Assembly: GCA_023140385.1 (NCBI GenBank)
Contig: JAGLLT010000017.1
Coordinates: forward strand, 1,754-65,753
Length of the DNA: 64,000 bases
Source of the DNA: Candidatus Omnitrophota bacterium
GTDB taxonomy: Bacteria > Omnitrophota > Gorgyraeia > JAGLLT01
Reading direction: 5' to 3'
The translations under genes were made by a program, and so were the position numbers. Position 1 is the stretch's first letter. Each line of letters opens with the position of its first letter. Below, piece after piece: positions 1-8,855 of this stretch. The notes below the pieces were generated by a model. It ran no database searches, was not told where the DNA came from, and worked only from the letters and a program-made list of their open reading frames with translations.

Positions 1-277
1 CTTCATCATCCCAAACCGCTGTTACCATAGCCACTGGAATATCCGGATCAATTTTTTTTATTCTCTTTAATGTTTCAAGCCCGTTCATGTCAGGCATCAA
101 AATATCCAAAAGCACTAACCCTGGTTTCTCCACATCTATCGCTTTCAGGCATTCCTCACCCGATTGAACCGCTACTAACCTATATCCTTCTTCAGCCAAC
201 TGAACTCCCATCAGCTCAAGGTAACGAGGGTTATCGTCTACCGCCAAAATCATTTTCTTAAAGCTTTTAGCTACCAT
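1..277 (-). CDS. Response regulator receiver (CheY-like) protein, C-terminus outside window
   Basis: Reverse translation reads MVAKSFKKMILAVDDNPRYLELMGVQLAEEGYRLVAVQSGEECLKAIDVEKPGLVLLDILMPDMNGLETLKRIKK..., a REC-domain signature. The ATG is at 277-275 with AGGAGG 8 nt upstream. Confidence 0.7.
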   Translation of the reverse strand, partial: MVAKSFKKMILAVDDNPRYLELMGVQLAEEGYRLVAVQSGEECLKAIDVEKPGLVLLDILMPDMNGLETLKRIKKIDPDIPVAMVTAVWDDE

Positions 278-317
278 TTTTCCTCCTTTTGCAAAAAAAT
301 CTGTCAAAATCTAAATA

Positions 318-395
318 TGGGGTGAGCGAGGGGATTTGAACCCCCGGCCTCCGGAGCCACAGTCCAGCGCTCTATCCAACTGAGCTACGCCCACC
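318..395 (-). tRNA. tRNA-His (anticodon GTG)
   Basis: The reverse complement is GGTGGGCGTAGCTCAGTTGGATAGAGCGCTGGACTGTGGCTCCGGAGGCCGGGGGTTCAAATCCCCTCGCTCACCCCA. It folds as a cloverleaf with the extra G(-1) typical of tRNA-His. The anticodon loop is CTGTGGC and CCA is encoded. Confidence 0.85.
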
Positions 396-397
396 AA

Positions 398-480
<83 letters not shown>

Positions 481-517
481 CGTATTTCATATATCTTGAT
501 GTTTTGCCTTACACTTT

Positions 518-763
518 CTAGGGCAGATGCTCCCTGCCTGCCGGCAGGCAGGTATCCAATTTTTCATAAAATTTTAACCTTTCTTTTTCTGCAATGTACC
601 CTCTCTTTGCTGCAAAGTATAAAAGGTTAATTGTTTCAAAAGCTGACGCTAAACTTATATCCAAAAAGGAACTAAAATTTTTCTTAGTTGCAGTACCTGA
701 CCCTTCAGCAATATTATTTGATATTGATAGAGCGGCTCTCTTCAGCTGATCAACTCTAAACAT
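518..763 (-). pseudogene. Four-helix-bundle protein (23S rRNA IVS protein / Avd-like family), N-terminally truncated copy
   Basis: MFRVDQLKRAALSISNNIAEGSGTATKKNFSSFLDISLASAFETINLLYFAAKRGYIAEKERLKFYEKL aligns to residues ~36-110 of the intact paralog at 24666-25019, with the NIAEG motif. Helix 1 is missing. The longer ORF (to 961) only reads through the tandem repeat and tRNA-Pro. The C-terminus is encoded by the 20-bp palindrome. Confidence 0.4.
533..552. repeat. 20-bp perfect palindrome CCTGCCTGCCGGCAGGCAGG (copy 1 of 2)
   Basis: Read directly in the sequence. A second copy of CTGCCTGCCGGCAGGCAG lies at 14634-14651, and both are preceded by TCC/TAATCC. It forms a GC-rich hairpin. Confidence 0.6.
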
Positions 764-810
764 TATTTTCTTAACTATTTGCACTTGGCCATATGCTATT
801 AGCCAAACCT

Positions 811-900
811 GGCCTGCCAGCCGTAGCCTTAGCGTAGTCCGGCCTGCCAGCCGAAGTTTTAACGTAGTCTGGCCTGCCAGCCGAAGTTTTAACGTAGGCT
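811..900. repeat. Tandem repeat, 3 x 30 bp (ggcctgccagccgaagttttaacgtagtct), abutting the tRNA-Pro 3' end
   Basis: Three head-to-tail units at 811-840, 841-870 and 871-900. Units 2 and 3 differ at 1 nt; unit 1 differs at about 6 nt. Confidence 0.85.
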
Positions 901-977
901 GGTCGGGGTGAGAGGATTCGAACCTCCGGCCCCCTGCTCCCAAAGCAGGTGCGCTAGCCAAGCTGCGCTACACCCCG
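900..977 (-). tRNA. tRNA-Pro (anticodon TGG)
   Basis: The reverse complement is CGGGGTGTAGCGCAGCTTGGCTAGCGCACCTGCTTTGGGAGCAGGGGGCCGGAGGTTCGAATCCTCTCACCCCGA. It has a GTTCGAAT T-loop and anticodon loop TTTGGGA. Confidence 0.85.
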
Positions 978-1104
978 AATAAATCTAAAAACTCAAAGCG
1001 AAAAATATAAAACGATAACTAAAAATTTAAAATAAATAAAACAGTTTTAATTTTCTAATTTATGATTTTTAATTTTATTTTTAGTTTTAAACTATGGTTT
1101 TTAG

Positions 1105-1131
1105 CTCTACACTTTACGTTTTACGCTTATT
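1105..1131. promoter_or_regulatory. Recurrent upstream motif (tacacttt-acgttttacgctt), copy 1 of 3, ~130 bp 5' of tRNA-Pro
   Basis: Similar to 14672-14700 and 29837-29860, all in AT-rich 5' regions of minus-strand genes. Confidence 0.25.
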
Positions 1132-1181
1132 TAGGCAGATAATTATAACAATATACCCTATTAAAGTCAATAAAAAGTTGA

Positions 1182-2099
1182 TTAAAAAAGATAGATTAGT
1201 GATGATATCAAGCGGAGGTCGTTTTTCTCAACACCTTTTGGAGGGTGTGAATCGTAGTCATCAATGAGGCTTAGCCTTAAAGATAATTTATCACTAATTG
1301 GATTTTCCAGAGAGGTTTCACTGCGCAGTCTATACTCACCAAAACTGCTTAAAGCAGGATAGAAAAACACATCCTGTATAATTCTCGCCTTAGCAAATAT
1401 CCTCTTCTCCAGATAACCTCTGCAGATAGAGATAAATTCATCGTTATCCCCTTCTGTCCTGAAGTTCGTATGTTCTACGCCCAGGGCGGCTTCGGCCATT
1501 AGTTTCCAGTCCACCTCATCACTAAACCAATAGCCCAACCCAACAGATGGTATCAGTCTATAATCTATATCGGCAAACCTGTCATGATCCGCCTCGAGCT
1601 TGTAAAAATTATACCACTTCTTCTCCTCCCCAAAGCTAAAAGCATAGCGCCCCATACCGGACCATCTTTGAGCATCCATCTCTTGATTAGACGAAGAATA
1701 AAAAGCATCAGCCTTCAGAGTCACCTCATTACCGTCCGTTTTCCTGCCGGCATAAAAACCCATAGTCACCTGAGAGCTTTCAGAGTTCCCGCGGGAGTCA
1801 TTATAGCCCAGGCTTATTTTTTTCTCCCACAGCACAGCAGGTTCTTTTTTTTCGGCTAAAACAACTTCACCTTCCTTCTCTTTATCAAAAGAAATCCGCT
1901 CAATAAAATCTTTTCTGACGGAGATATCTCCCAAGGCCTCAGTCTTTATCACTACCGTGTCTTCGCTCTCCTCTACTACCCGGCCGCTTATTCTATCATT
2001 GTTTTTCAGATATATTTCATCTGCAAATAGCTCAATCCCTGTTACGGCAAGACAAACATTAAACACAACTATCGCGTAAATAAATATTCTACTTTTCAT
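1182..2099 (-). CDS. DUF481-family (YdiY-like) outer-membrane beta-barrel protein
   Basis: It has a signal peptide, alternating beta-strand pattern and a C-terminal aromatic (…LIYLF). Motifs such as GYWFSDEVDWKL and LGVEHTNFR are typical of DUF481. Confidence 0.5.
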   Translation of the reverse strand: MKSRIFIYAIVVFNVCLAVTGIELFADEIYLKNNDRISGRVVEESEDTVVIKTEALGDISVRKDFIERISFDKEKEGEVVLAEKKEPAVLWEKKISLGYNDSRGNSESSQVTMGFYAGRKTDGNEVTLKADAFYSSSNQEMDAQRWSGMGRYAFSFGEEKKWYNFYKLEADHDRFADIDYRLIPSVGLGYWFSDEVDWKLMAEAALGVEHTNFRTEGDNDEFISICRGYLEKRIFAKARIIQDVFFYPALSSFGEYRLRSETSLENPISDKLSLRLSLIDDYDSHPPKGVEKNDLRLISSLIYLF

Positions 2100-2136
2100 T
2101 TTTCCTTTTTTAAAATATTAAGTGATAAATATATTA

Positions 2137-3135
2137 TTACTTTTTGCGAAACCTTTTAATCGCCAGCATCCCGCTTGACAAACTTAACAAAGTAATAATA
2201 AAGGAAGGTTCGGGCACGGGGGTTCCCGGATGAAAATAAACACCTTCAACTACCATCCAGTCCCAATATGTGCCGTTATAGCTATAGCCGTTGGTTGAAG
2301 TAATATCTAAAAACGGCCACCACTCAACACCATTAGTATCTGTAACCGACAAAACAGTACCGCTGTTCCAGTCCATCCAACTACTCTGAGAACTGGTTGT
2401 ATTCCAGGTATCCCAGATAGCAAAACCGCCTACCGTAATATTCTGCCAGGCACCATCATAAATTCTTATGTCAAACATATTCTCCTGATACCCATAACCA
2501 ACTACCGAATGACCATACCAATCACTGCCGCCGTGCCATTCAATCAAGTCAAGCAGCATAGGGTTTCCCGCGTCTATCTCATTTTTATACGCGTCCCAGC
2601 CGAATGTACCGGAATAATAACTCACGTCATCCAGCCAGCTGTCACAGTTATATGACTCATTAATAGCAGTCGCTGGATCATCCCACAGCGCGTAGTCCCT
2701 GAGGCCCGTAGGTATGTTACTTGACCAGGTCCCTCCGTCACCCAATCCTTCTCCGGAGCGCGAAGTGTGCATAAAGTCAGCGATACAGTTATCGTTATGA
2801 TTACCCGGATTTGGGTCAGGCGTGCCCCAATAGTCCGCGATATGCTCAGGGCTGGCTACCATATTTTGGGCCGTCGCGTTCCAGGTTGATACATCTCCAT
2901 CAACTAAATTGGACCAGTTTCCACTGGCATGGCTGTCCCAATATCCAAAGAGCATGCCGCCCGAGGTGGGCGAACAGCCGTGATACCAGCTATACTGCGG
3001 AACACCGCTAATCGGATTAGCGCCCATCTGAACACTTTCCCCGCTAAGCCGGTTTATGTTAACATCCGCTGATACACTAAATGAACAAAATAATAGTATT
3101 ACTACCGCAATAAATACGCCCATTTCTCTTTTCAT
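2137..3135 (-). CDS. PEP-CTERM-anchored papain-like cysteine peptidase (Peptidase_C39_2-like)
   Basis: The ATG with signal peptide is MKREMGVFIAVVILLFCSFSVSA. A Cys motif YHGCSPTSGGM and His motif GHSVVGYGY match the C39-like catalytic dyad. The C-terminus VPEPSFIITLLSLSSGMLAIKRFRKK is a PEP-CTERM sorting signal. Confidence 0.55.
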   Translation of the reverse strand: MKREMGVFIAVVILLFCSFSVSADVNINRLSGESVQMGANPISGVPQYSWYHGCSPTSGGMLFGYWDSHASGNWSNLVDGDVSTWNATAQNMVASPEHIADYWGTPDPNPGNHNDNCIADFMHTSRSGEGLGDGGTWSSNIPTGLRDYALWDDPATAINESYNCDSWLDDVSYYSGTFGWDAYKNEIDAGNPMLLDLIEWHGGSDWYGHSVVGYGYQENMFDIRIYDGAWQNITVGGFAIWDTWNTTSSQSSWMDWNSGTVLSVTDTNGVEWWPFLDITSTNGYSYNGTYWDWMVVEGVYFHPGTPVPEPSFIITLLSLSSGMLAIKRFRKK

Positions 3136-3211
3136 AGTAGTCCTTAAATTGTTTATACATTGTGATTTATTTAGAACCATAACTAATTATATATTAAAAT
3201 TTGTCCATTTG

Positions 3212-3859
3212 TCAACAACTCTTTCTTCTTCCCGCAAAAATACCAACTAACCCCGTACCAAGAAGAATTAAACTTGATGGCTCGGGAACAACATTTATTT
3301 TGAGATTGTCATAATATGTTAGTCCATCAGCCGCATCGCCAAAGGCTTCTACAACTTCAACTCCAAGCTGAAGTTCGTGTATTCCTGAATAACTGTTCAT
3401 ATCGAGAAGCACATAATGCGGACCGCCCTGATTTTCTATCCATATTTTTTCCGAATCGATAGCTATGTAAGAATTGGCATAGGTACTTTGATTAACACGA
3501 TAAACATCAATACGTAGGCTCCAAATATCCGAAAAGTCTACATCTTGATAAAATTCGATATAATCTCCTGGAAAATGGCTTCCACGAGTTGAAGCAAATA
3601 CATATAAAGCCCAATCTCCTTCCGTAGAAGGATAACCTAAGTTACTAGTGCCATGACCGTTTGTGTTGCCGGAGTTTCGCCATGACCAATCGTCGGGCAT
3701 TCCCCAAAAATCGTAAAGATCGGTTGAAACACCATTTGGCATAAAATCATCATGTTCAAGTTCAAAGCCGGGATTCAGGATTGATGCTTCTACTAAATAA
3801 ATTTTAGACAGTATAATAATTAGGATAAATGTCTTTATAAATATTTTTGAATAACTCAT
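3212..3859 (-). CDS. PEP-CTERM secreted protein, unknown function
   Basis: Signal peptide present. The C-terminus is VVPEPSSLILLGTGLVGIFAGRRKSC (PEP motif, TM helix, basic tail). Confidence 0.6.
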   Translation of the reverse strand: MSYSKIFIKTFILIIILSKIYLVEASILNPGFELEHDDFMPNGVSTDLYDFWGMPDDWSWRNSGNTNGHGTSNLGYPSTEGDWALYVFASTRGSHFPGDYIEFYQDVDFSDIWSLRIDVYRVNQSTYANSYIAIDSEKIWIENQGGPHYVLLDMNSYSGIHELQLGVEVVEAFGDAADGLTYYDNLKINVVPEPSSLILLGTGLVGIFAGRRKSC

Positions 3860-3921
3860 TTTTTCTCCCGGGCATTTTCACATTCGGCCATTTGTTTATT
3901 TTCCATTTCCCTTACCTCCAT

Positions 3922-4776
3922 TTATCTTTTTAACTTTCTTCTTCCCGCAAAAATACCAACCAACCCCACGCCTAAAAGCAAAATAGTGGATGGTTCGGGA
4001 ATTGTAATAGTATCAACCGCGTAGCCTGCCTCAGCCATAGCCGGATTCAAATACGGAAAAACCTTATCAGGTAAATATTCATGGTTGGTTATCAAGTGGG
4101 ATGGCTGTATTTGTACGTGTATCCCAAGGAGTGCCAGTTGATTATTCCAGGTCATAAATAACGGACTGCCTGAGTCACCACCCTGGCAATAACCTTCATC
4201 AATATAGCCACCGTTAAAATCAGTCTTCAAATAACTATACCTGGGTTCGTTTTCTACAATATTCGTCGCCACACGGGCATTCCAGCCATACATATAGACT
4301 TCTTTATCAAAACACCAATCGTTCTCTACATCCAGAATTGGATAATACCCAATATTATCTGATTCAGAAATAGGCTCATCAAGCCACCCCAGCGCAAAAT
4401 CCCCTGCTAAATTGCCATTCGGATGATAAAATATTGTATTTTTTGCCACATTGTAGGATTTTAACTCACCATCTCTATTGCTAAATGATAGCGAACCCCC
4501 CACGGGAATCTGGTAATGCCAGGCGCAAATATAATGTAATGGTGAAATCATAGTTATGCTTTGACTTGGATAAGATGAATTCCATCCCACACCCGACCAG
4601 TCATATTGTGAGGCGAAAAAATCAGGGTTGTTAACAGGATTACCGGCGTATGTGCCGGGAACAAAGCGATCATGGCGAGCCGGATCATAGCCGTTGATTT
4701 GCAGGGCATGGGCGTTTGCGGAAAAACCAATACCCAGAAATAATAAAAACACCGCCGTCCATTTAGATAAATTCAT
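3922..4776 (-). CDS. PEP-CTERM-anchored trypsin-like (S1) serine peptidase
   Basis: Signal peptide present. CQGGDSGSPLF is the GDSGGP-type catalytic-Ser motif. The C-terminus is IPEPSTILLLGVGLVGIFAGRRKLKR. Confidence 0.6.
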   Translation of the reverse strand: MNLSKWTAVFLLFLGIGFSANAHALQINGYDPARHDRFVPGTYAGNPVNNPDFFASQYDWSGVGWNSSYPSQSITMISPLHYICAWHYQIPVGGSLSFSNRDGELKSYNVAKNTIFYHPNGNLAGDFALGWLDEPISESDNIGYYPILDVENDWCFDKEVYMYGWNARVATNIVENEPRYSYLKTDFNGGYIDEGYCQGGDSGSPLFMTWNNQLALLGIHVQIQPSHLITNHEYLPDKVFPYLNPAMAEAGYAVDTITIPEPSTILLLGVGLVGIFAGRRKLKR

Positions 4777-5001
4777 ACGTTCATTATAACAGAAAATCCC
4801 CCATTATCAATATAATTCATTTGTCTTTTTTAGGGAATATTTTACTTATACACAAGATATACAAATCACATCGTCCTAACTTTATTCAGACTTACAAATA
4901 AAGGAATTAAAAAGCAACTATTAAAATTCTAAAATTCTCTCTTGAATATACTGCCCGCATGTAGTAAAATTATATAAAACCATTCATTGAGGAATTAGTG
5001 C

Positions 5002-7515
5002 ATGAAACTGATAAAGCTTTTTATTCTATTTGTTGTCTTGGTCCTGCTGGCCTGCGTTGTTTTAAACTATCACATACTGCCTGTAAGGGGCAAGGCCTTT
5101 CTGATAAACAGGCTGGAACATGCCCTTCATAGAGATGTCCGGATAGACAGAGTTTATTTTTCGCTAAGAAAAGGTGTCGTCTTGAAAGATATAGTCATAG
5201 AGAAAAAGAAAGACGGCCTGCTTAACAAACCACTCTTAACCGCGGATGAGGCAGGTTTTAACGTACTTCTGCTGCCTCTTATCACCCAGCGTAAAATAAT
5301 ACTCACGGACGTTCACGTAAAACATCCTCAACTTAACCTCGCGAAAAATATTGACGGCAACTTAAATATCAGCGATATCTTAAAGCGTAAAAAACCGCGG
5401 GAAACCAAAAAAAGTTCCGAGATGCTGATAGCAAGCCTGAGAATAACTAACGGCCGCTGTAAATTCACCGATTATAGCCGTGAGGACAAACTTGCATGGA
5501 GGTTGAAAGACATTTCGTTTAAATACAACTACTCACTCCCTCTGGCCGTAAAATTCAAAGCTTCTGCCGTATTAAACGAGGACAGCGGCCTTTTTAATCT
5601 TGCCGGCATATACAATCTAAAGGAAAAAAGTTTAACTATAGATATCACCGGAGATAAAATTAGACTATCCAAAATCTCTCCTCCCCTCACTCTACCTCTA
5701 GAGATCAAGGGCCTGGGTGGAATCATGAAAACCAAACTCAAGGCCAGGCTAAATAAGGATAAAATACTAGTAGTACAAGGTACCTCATGGCTCGATAATC
5801 TTATCTTTAAAAGCGACTCTTTCGATATTGCCGGGCGTTTAAATTTTACCTCAGATGTTAAATATGATTTGGCCGCCAAAGAAATAATTGCCATAAGTGG
5901 GGATGTCAACTTTGAAGACGCCTTGATAGAAGGAGTGCCTTATATCCAGACTATATCAAAACTGAAAGGCAAAACTACCTATGACAAAGAAAAAATTGCC
6001 TTTCACGGTTTAAAAGGCGATGTGTTAAATTGCCCCACCGTCATTCGGGGTGCGCTAAATATCAAAAGTCTTTATTTAGATCTTATCGCGAAGTCAGAAT
6101 TAAACCTTAACAAAGTCATAGAGATACTGCCTCAAAAGCAAAAAGAAAAATTCAGGGATCTGAAAATTAAAGGCAGAAGCTATGCTACCTTAAATATATG
6201 TGGTAACTTAAGAAAACTAATCTCTCTCGATATGACCGGAGATCTTTCTCTTTCCGACGTCTCGATGGAAAGCTCCGCTTTTACCCTGACAAATGCCAGC
6301 GGTAAAATCTTTCTATCAAAAGACAGGGTTGAATTAAATAATCTCCTTTTTGACATTAGGCAAAATCAATACTCTCTAAACGCTGTCCTTTCCGACTTTA
6401 ATAAACCCGGCATAGAGTTTAAACTGCTGTCCGACAACCTTTTTGCCGCCGGCACCTGCGACATCGCTCAGAATATCTTCTATATCCGGAAAATAAAAGG
6501 AAACTACTTTAAACATACCTTTGAGTTAAAGGGAGAAGTTACAAATCTTGAGTCGCCTGACTTTAACATCTATGGGGATCTACAGGTAGACTTGGCCGAT
6601 ATAGATAAACTTCTGCCGCCGGCCTGCAAAAAAGTATCCAGCTGGGAGCTAAAAGGCAAATGCCCCGCCACCTTTCACTTTCAAGGTAAGCCGGCCAAAT
6701 GGAAAGAAGCATCAGCCGCCCTCAAATCTTCTGCCAAAAGATTCAATTTAAAAGAGCTGAAGCTCGACAATTTTTATCTTAATGCCGTACTGAAAAACCA
6801 ACAGATCCTGTTAAATAATCTCTCACTTGATCTCTATGACGGCACAGTCAGGCTGTCGGGCGAAATGGACCTGAAAAAGGAAACCTCTCCCTATAAAATG
6901 AGCGCCCTGGCCGGTGAAGTTAATCTTGAAAAATTATTTAAGGATACTAAGCTAAAAGACAAAAGCCTTTCCGGCACAGCCCATCTTAAGCTGAACCTTA
7001 AAAAACCTCTTAAAGACATAAACACTATTTTAGGAAATGGAAGTATAGCCATAACGAATGGCCGCCTTCTGGAAATTCCGGTATTATCAGGCCTGGCTGA
7101 AACAGCCGGAATTCCCGCGTTTGCTGATATGCTAAAGGCCGTGGATATGAACATACTCGATAAAATAGTTATTAAAGAGGTCTATGGTGACTTTCGGATA
7201 CAAAACAGAAACATTACTACCGATAATCTTATTTTAGCCGGCGAAGTTGTTATTTTAAAACCGCGGGGCAGCGTTGACTTTAAAGGCAATCTTAACTTCA
7301 TAACCACGCCCGAAATATCCCCCGGTTTTTTTGACGACACCTCCAAGGCCGGTAAAATCATTTCCATGGTAACCGGCCTATTCACCAGCCACCTCGCCAG
7401 AGTAGAAACCACAGGAACTATTTCCGATCCTCAAAACAAAAGACTACCCCTCCCCACAGAAGATTTAATAAAAAAAGGCCTAAAAGGATTAGAAGACATC
7501 CTCAAAGGCTTTTAA
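5002..7515 (+). CDS. asmA: AsmA-family outer-membrane assembly protein
   Basis: 837 aa with an N-terminal TM anchor. It is a long repetitive beta-rich protein with an AsmA-like C-terminal region (…GRLLEIPVLSGLAE…). GAGGAA lies upstream of the ATG. Confidence 0.55.
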   Translation: MKLIKLFILFVVLVLLACVVLNYHILPVRGKAFLINRLEHALHRDVRIDRVYFSLRKGVVLKDIVIEKKKDGLLNKPLLTADEAGFNVLLLPLITQRKIILTDVHVKHPQLNLAKNIDGNLNISDILKRKKPRETKKSSEMLIASLRITNGRCKFTDYSREDKLAWRLKDISFKYNYSLPLAVKFKASAVLNEDSGLFNLAGIYNLKEKSLTIDITGDKIRLSKISPPLTLPLEIKGLGGIMKTKLKARLNKDKILVVQGTSWLDNLIFKSDSFDIAGRLNFTSDVKYDLAAKEIIAISGDVNFEDALIEGVPYIQTISKLKGKTTYDKEKIAFHGLKGDVLNCPTVIRGALNIKSLYLDLIAKSELNLNKVIEILPQKQKEKFRDLKIKGRSYATLNICGNLRKLISLDMTGDLSLSDVSMESSAFTLTNASGKIFLSKDRVELNNLLFDIRQNQYSLNAVLSDFNKPGIEFKLLSDNLFAAGTCDIAQNIFYIRKIKGNYFKHTFELKGEVTNLESPDFNIYGDLQVDLADIDKLLPPACKKVSSWELKGKCPATFHFQGKPAKWKEASAALKSSAKRFNLKELKLDNFYLNAVLKNQQILLNNLSLDLYDGTVRLSGEMDLKKETSPYKMSALAGEVNLEKLFKDTKLKDKSLSGTAHLKLNLKKPLKDINTILGNGSIAITNGRLLEIPVLSGLAETAGIPAFADMLKAVDMNILDKIVIKEVYGDFRIQNRNITTDNLILAGEVVILKPRGSVDFKGNLNFITTPEISPGFFDDTSKAGKIISMVTGLFTSHLARVETTGTISDPQNKRLPLPTEDLIKKGLKGLEDILKGF

Positions 7516-8095
7516 AAATAACTTCGCTCATCTCCCCAAAGGCTTTGGCTCGATGGCTTATTTTATCTTTAATCTCAGAACCTAACTCCGCGAAGGTTTT
7601 ATCGTAGCCGTCCGGTATAAATACAGGGTCATAGCCAAAACCATGGCTTCCTCTGGGACTAAGAATTATCCTGCCGCGGCAGACTCCCTCTGTTTCAGCT
7701 ATAATCTTATTTTTATCCGCCAAAACCGCCAAACATCTAAAGCAGGCCTTCAATTTATTTTCAGGCGTGTTTTTTAGCAGGCCGATCAACTTTTCTATGT
7801 TTTTCTCATCATTAGCTTCAGGGCCGCTAAATCTTGCCGAGTATACACCGGGCCTGCCGCCTAAGGCTTCAACTTCCAGCCCTGAGTCATCGGCCAGACT
7901 AATGAGGCCGGCTCCGAGTGATGCCTCTATAGCCTTCTTCCGGGCATTTTCCACAAAAGTCTCACCGTCTTCTTCAATTTCCGGTATATTTTTAAAATCA
8001 TTTAATGATTTCAACTTGAGCCCCAGGGGCTCAAGCATCTTTTTAATCTCAATAAATTTATTTTTATTACGTGTAGCGATTAAAATTTCCCGCAT
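7502..8095 (-). CDS. rdgB: dITP/XTP pyrophosphatase (RdgB/Ham1 family)
   Basis: MREILIATRNKNKFIEIKKML…, FIPDGYDKTFAEL and ISHRAKAF are Ham1-family motifs. Confidence 0.8.
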   Translation of the reverse strand: MREILIATRNKNKFIEIKKMLEPLGLKLKSLNDFKNIPEIEEDGETFVENARKKAIEASLGAGLISLADDSGLEVEALGGRPGVYSARFSGPEANDEKNIEKLIGLLKNTPENKLKACFRCLAVLADKNKIIAETEGVCRGRIILSPRGSHGFGYDPVFIPDGYDKTFAELGSEIKDKISHRAKAFGEMSEVIFKSL

Positions 8096-8817
8096 TATTT
8101 TATCTTCAACACTTCTTTTTGTAAACTGATAAGTTTTTTTATACCCGTGCCTGCGAGCCGCACCAGCTCGTTCATCTTATTAACGCTGAAGGAACTGCCT
8201 TCTGCCGTCGCCTGCACCTCAACCAGCTCTCCGCTTGACGTCATAGCTACGTTCATATCTACCTCCGCCTTTGAGTCTTCGTCATACGACAAATCAAGCA
8301 AAATCCCGCCGCGCACAATTCCTACACTAACCGCCGCCACAAAATCGGTCAGCGGCAGTTTGTTAAATACCTCATCCTTCTTAAGCCCCTTTAAGGCCTC
8401 AACCAGAGCAATAAAGCAACCGGTAATACTCGCGCACCTTGTTCCCCCGTCTGCCTGTATCACATCCGCGTCAATCAGAATACTTCGTTCACCCAGCTTG
8501 TCCAGCTCAACAACACCTCTTAAAACACGGCCTATTAACCTTTGAATTTCATATGTCCTGCCGGATGTTTGGCCGCGCCTTCCATCCCGCTTTACTCTTG
8601 TTAAACATGAGCGCGGAAGCATTCCATACTCCGCGGTTATCCAGCCCGAACCCGTATTCCTCAAAAAAAATGGAACCCCGTCTTCTACGGTAGCCGTGCA
8701 GATTACCTTTGTATTCCCCTGCTCTATCAAGCACGAACCCTCGGCATATTTTATGAAACCTGTTTTTATGCTAACCTTTCTCAGTTTATCCGTACCTCTT
8801 AATCCCTGTCTTTGCAT
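8095..8817 (-). CDS. rph: Ribonuclease PH
   Basis: Full-length similarity pattern to RNase PH (GSCLIEQGNTKVICTATVE…, DADVIQADGGTRCASITG). Length 240 aa. Confidence 0.9.
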   Translation of the reverse strand: MQRQGLRGTDKLRKVSIKTGFIKYAEGSCLIEQGNTKVICTATVEDGVPFFLRNTGSGWITAEYGMLPRSCLTRVKRDGRRGQTSGRTYEIQRLIGRVLRGVVELDKLGERSILIDADVIQADGGTRCASITGCFIALVEALKGLKKDEVFNKLPLTDFVAAVSVGIVRGGILLDLSYDEDSKAEVDMNVAMTSSGELVEVQATAEGSSFSVNKMNELVRLAGTGIKKLISLQKEVLKIK

Positions 8818-8855
8818 TAAGATCCTCTCTATTTTTTACTCACGGAAAAATTAAA

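Noticed and set aside
811-900. The 30-bp tandem repeat, as a CRISPR array
   Set aside because: The units are directly adjacent with no spacers, and there are no cas genes. It is a simple tandem duplication.
518-961. The 147-aa ORF in the 6-frame track, as a single protein
   Set aside because: Its N-terminal 66 residues are a translation of tRNA-Pro and the 3x30-bp tandem repeat (LKLRLAGQTTLKLRLAGRTT…). Only the distal 4HB-homologous part (518-763) is plausible coding sequence.
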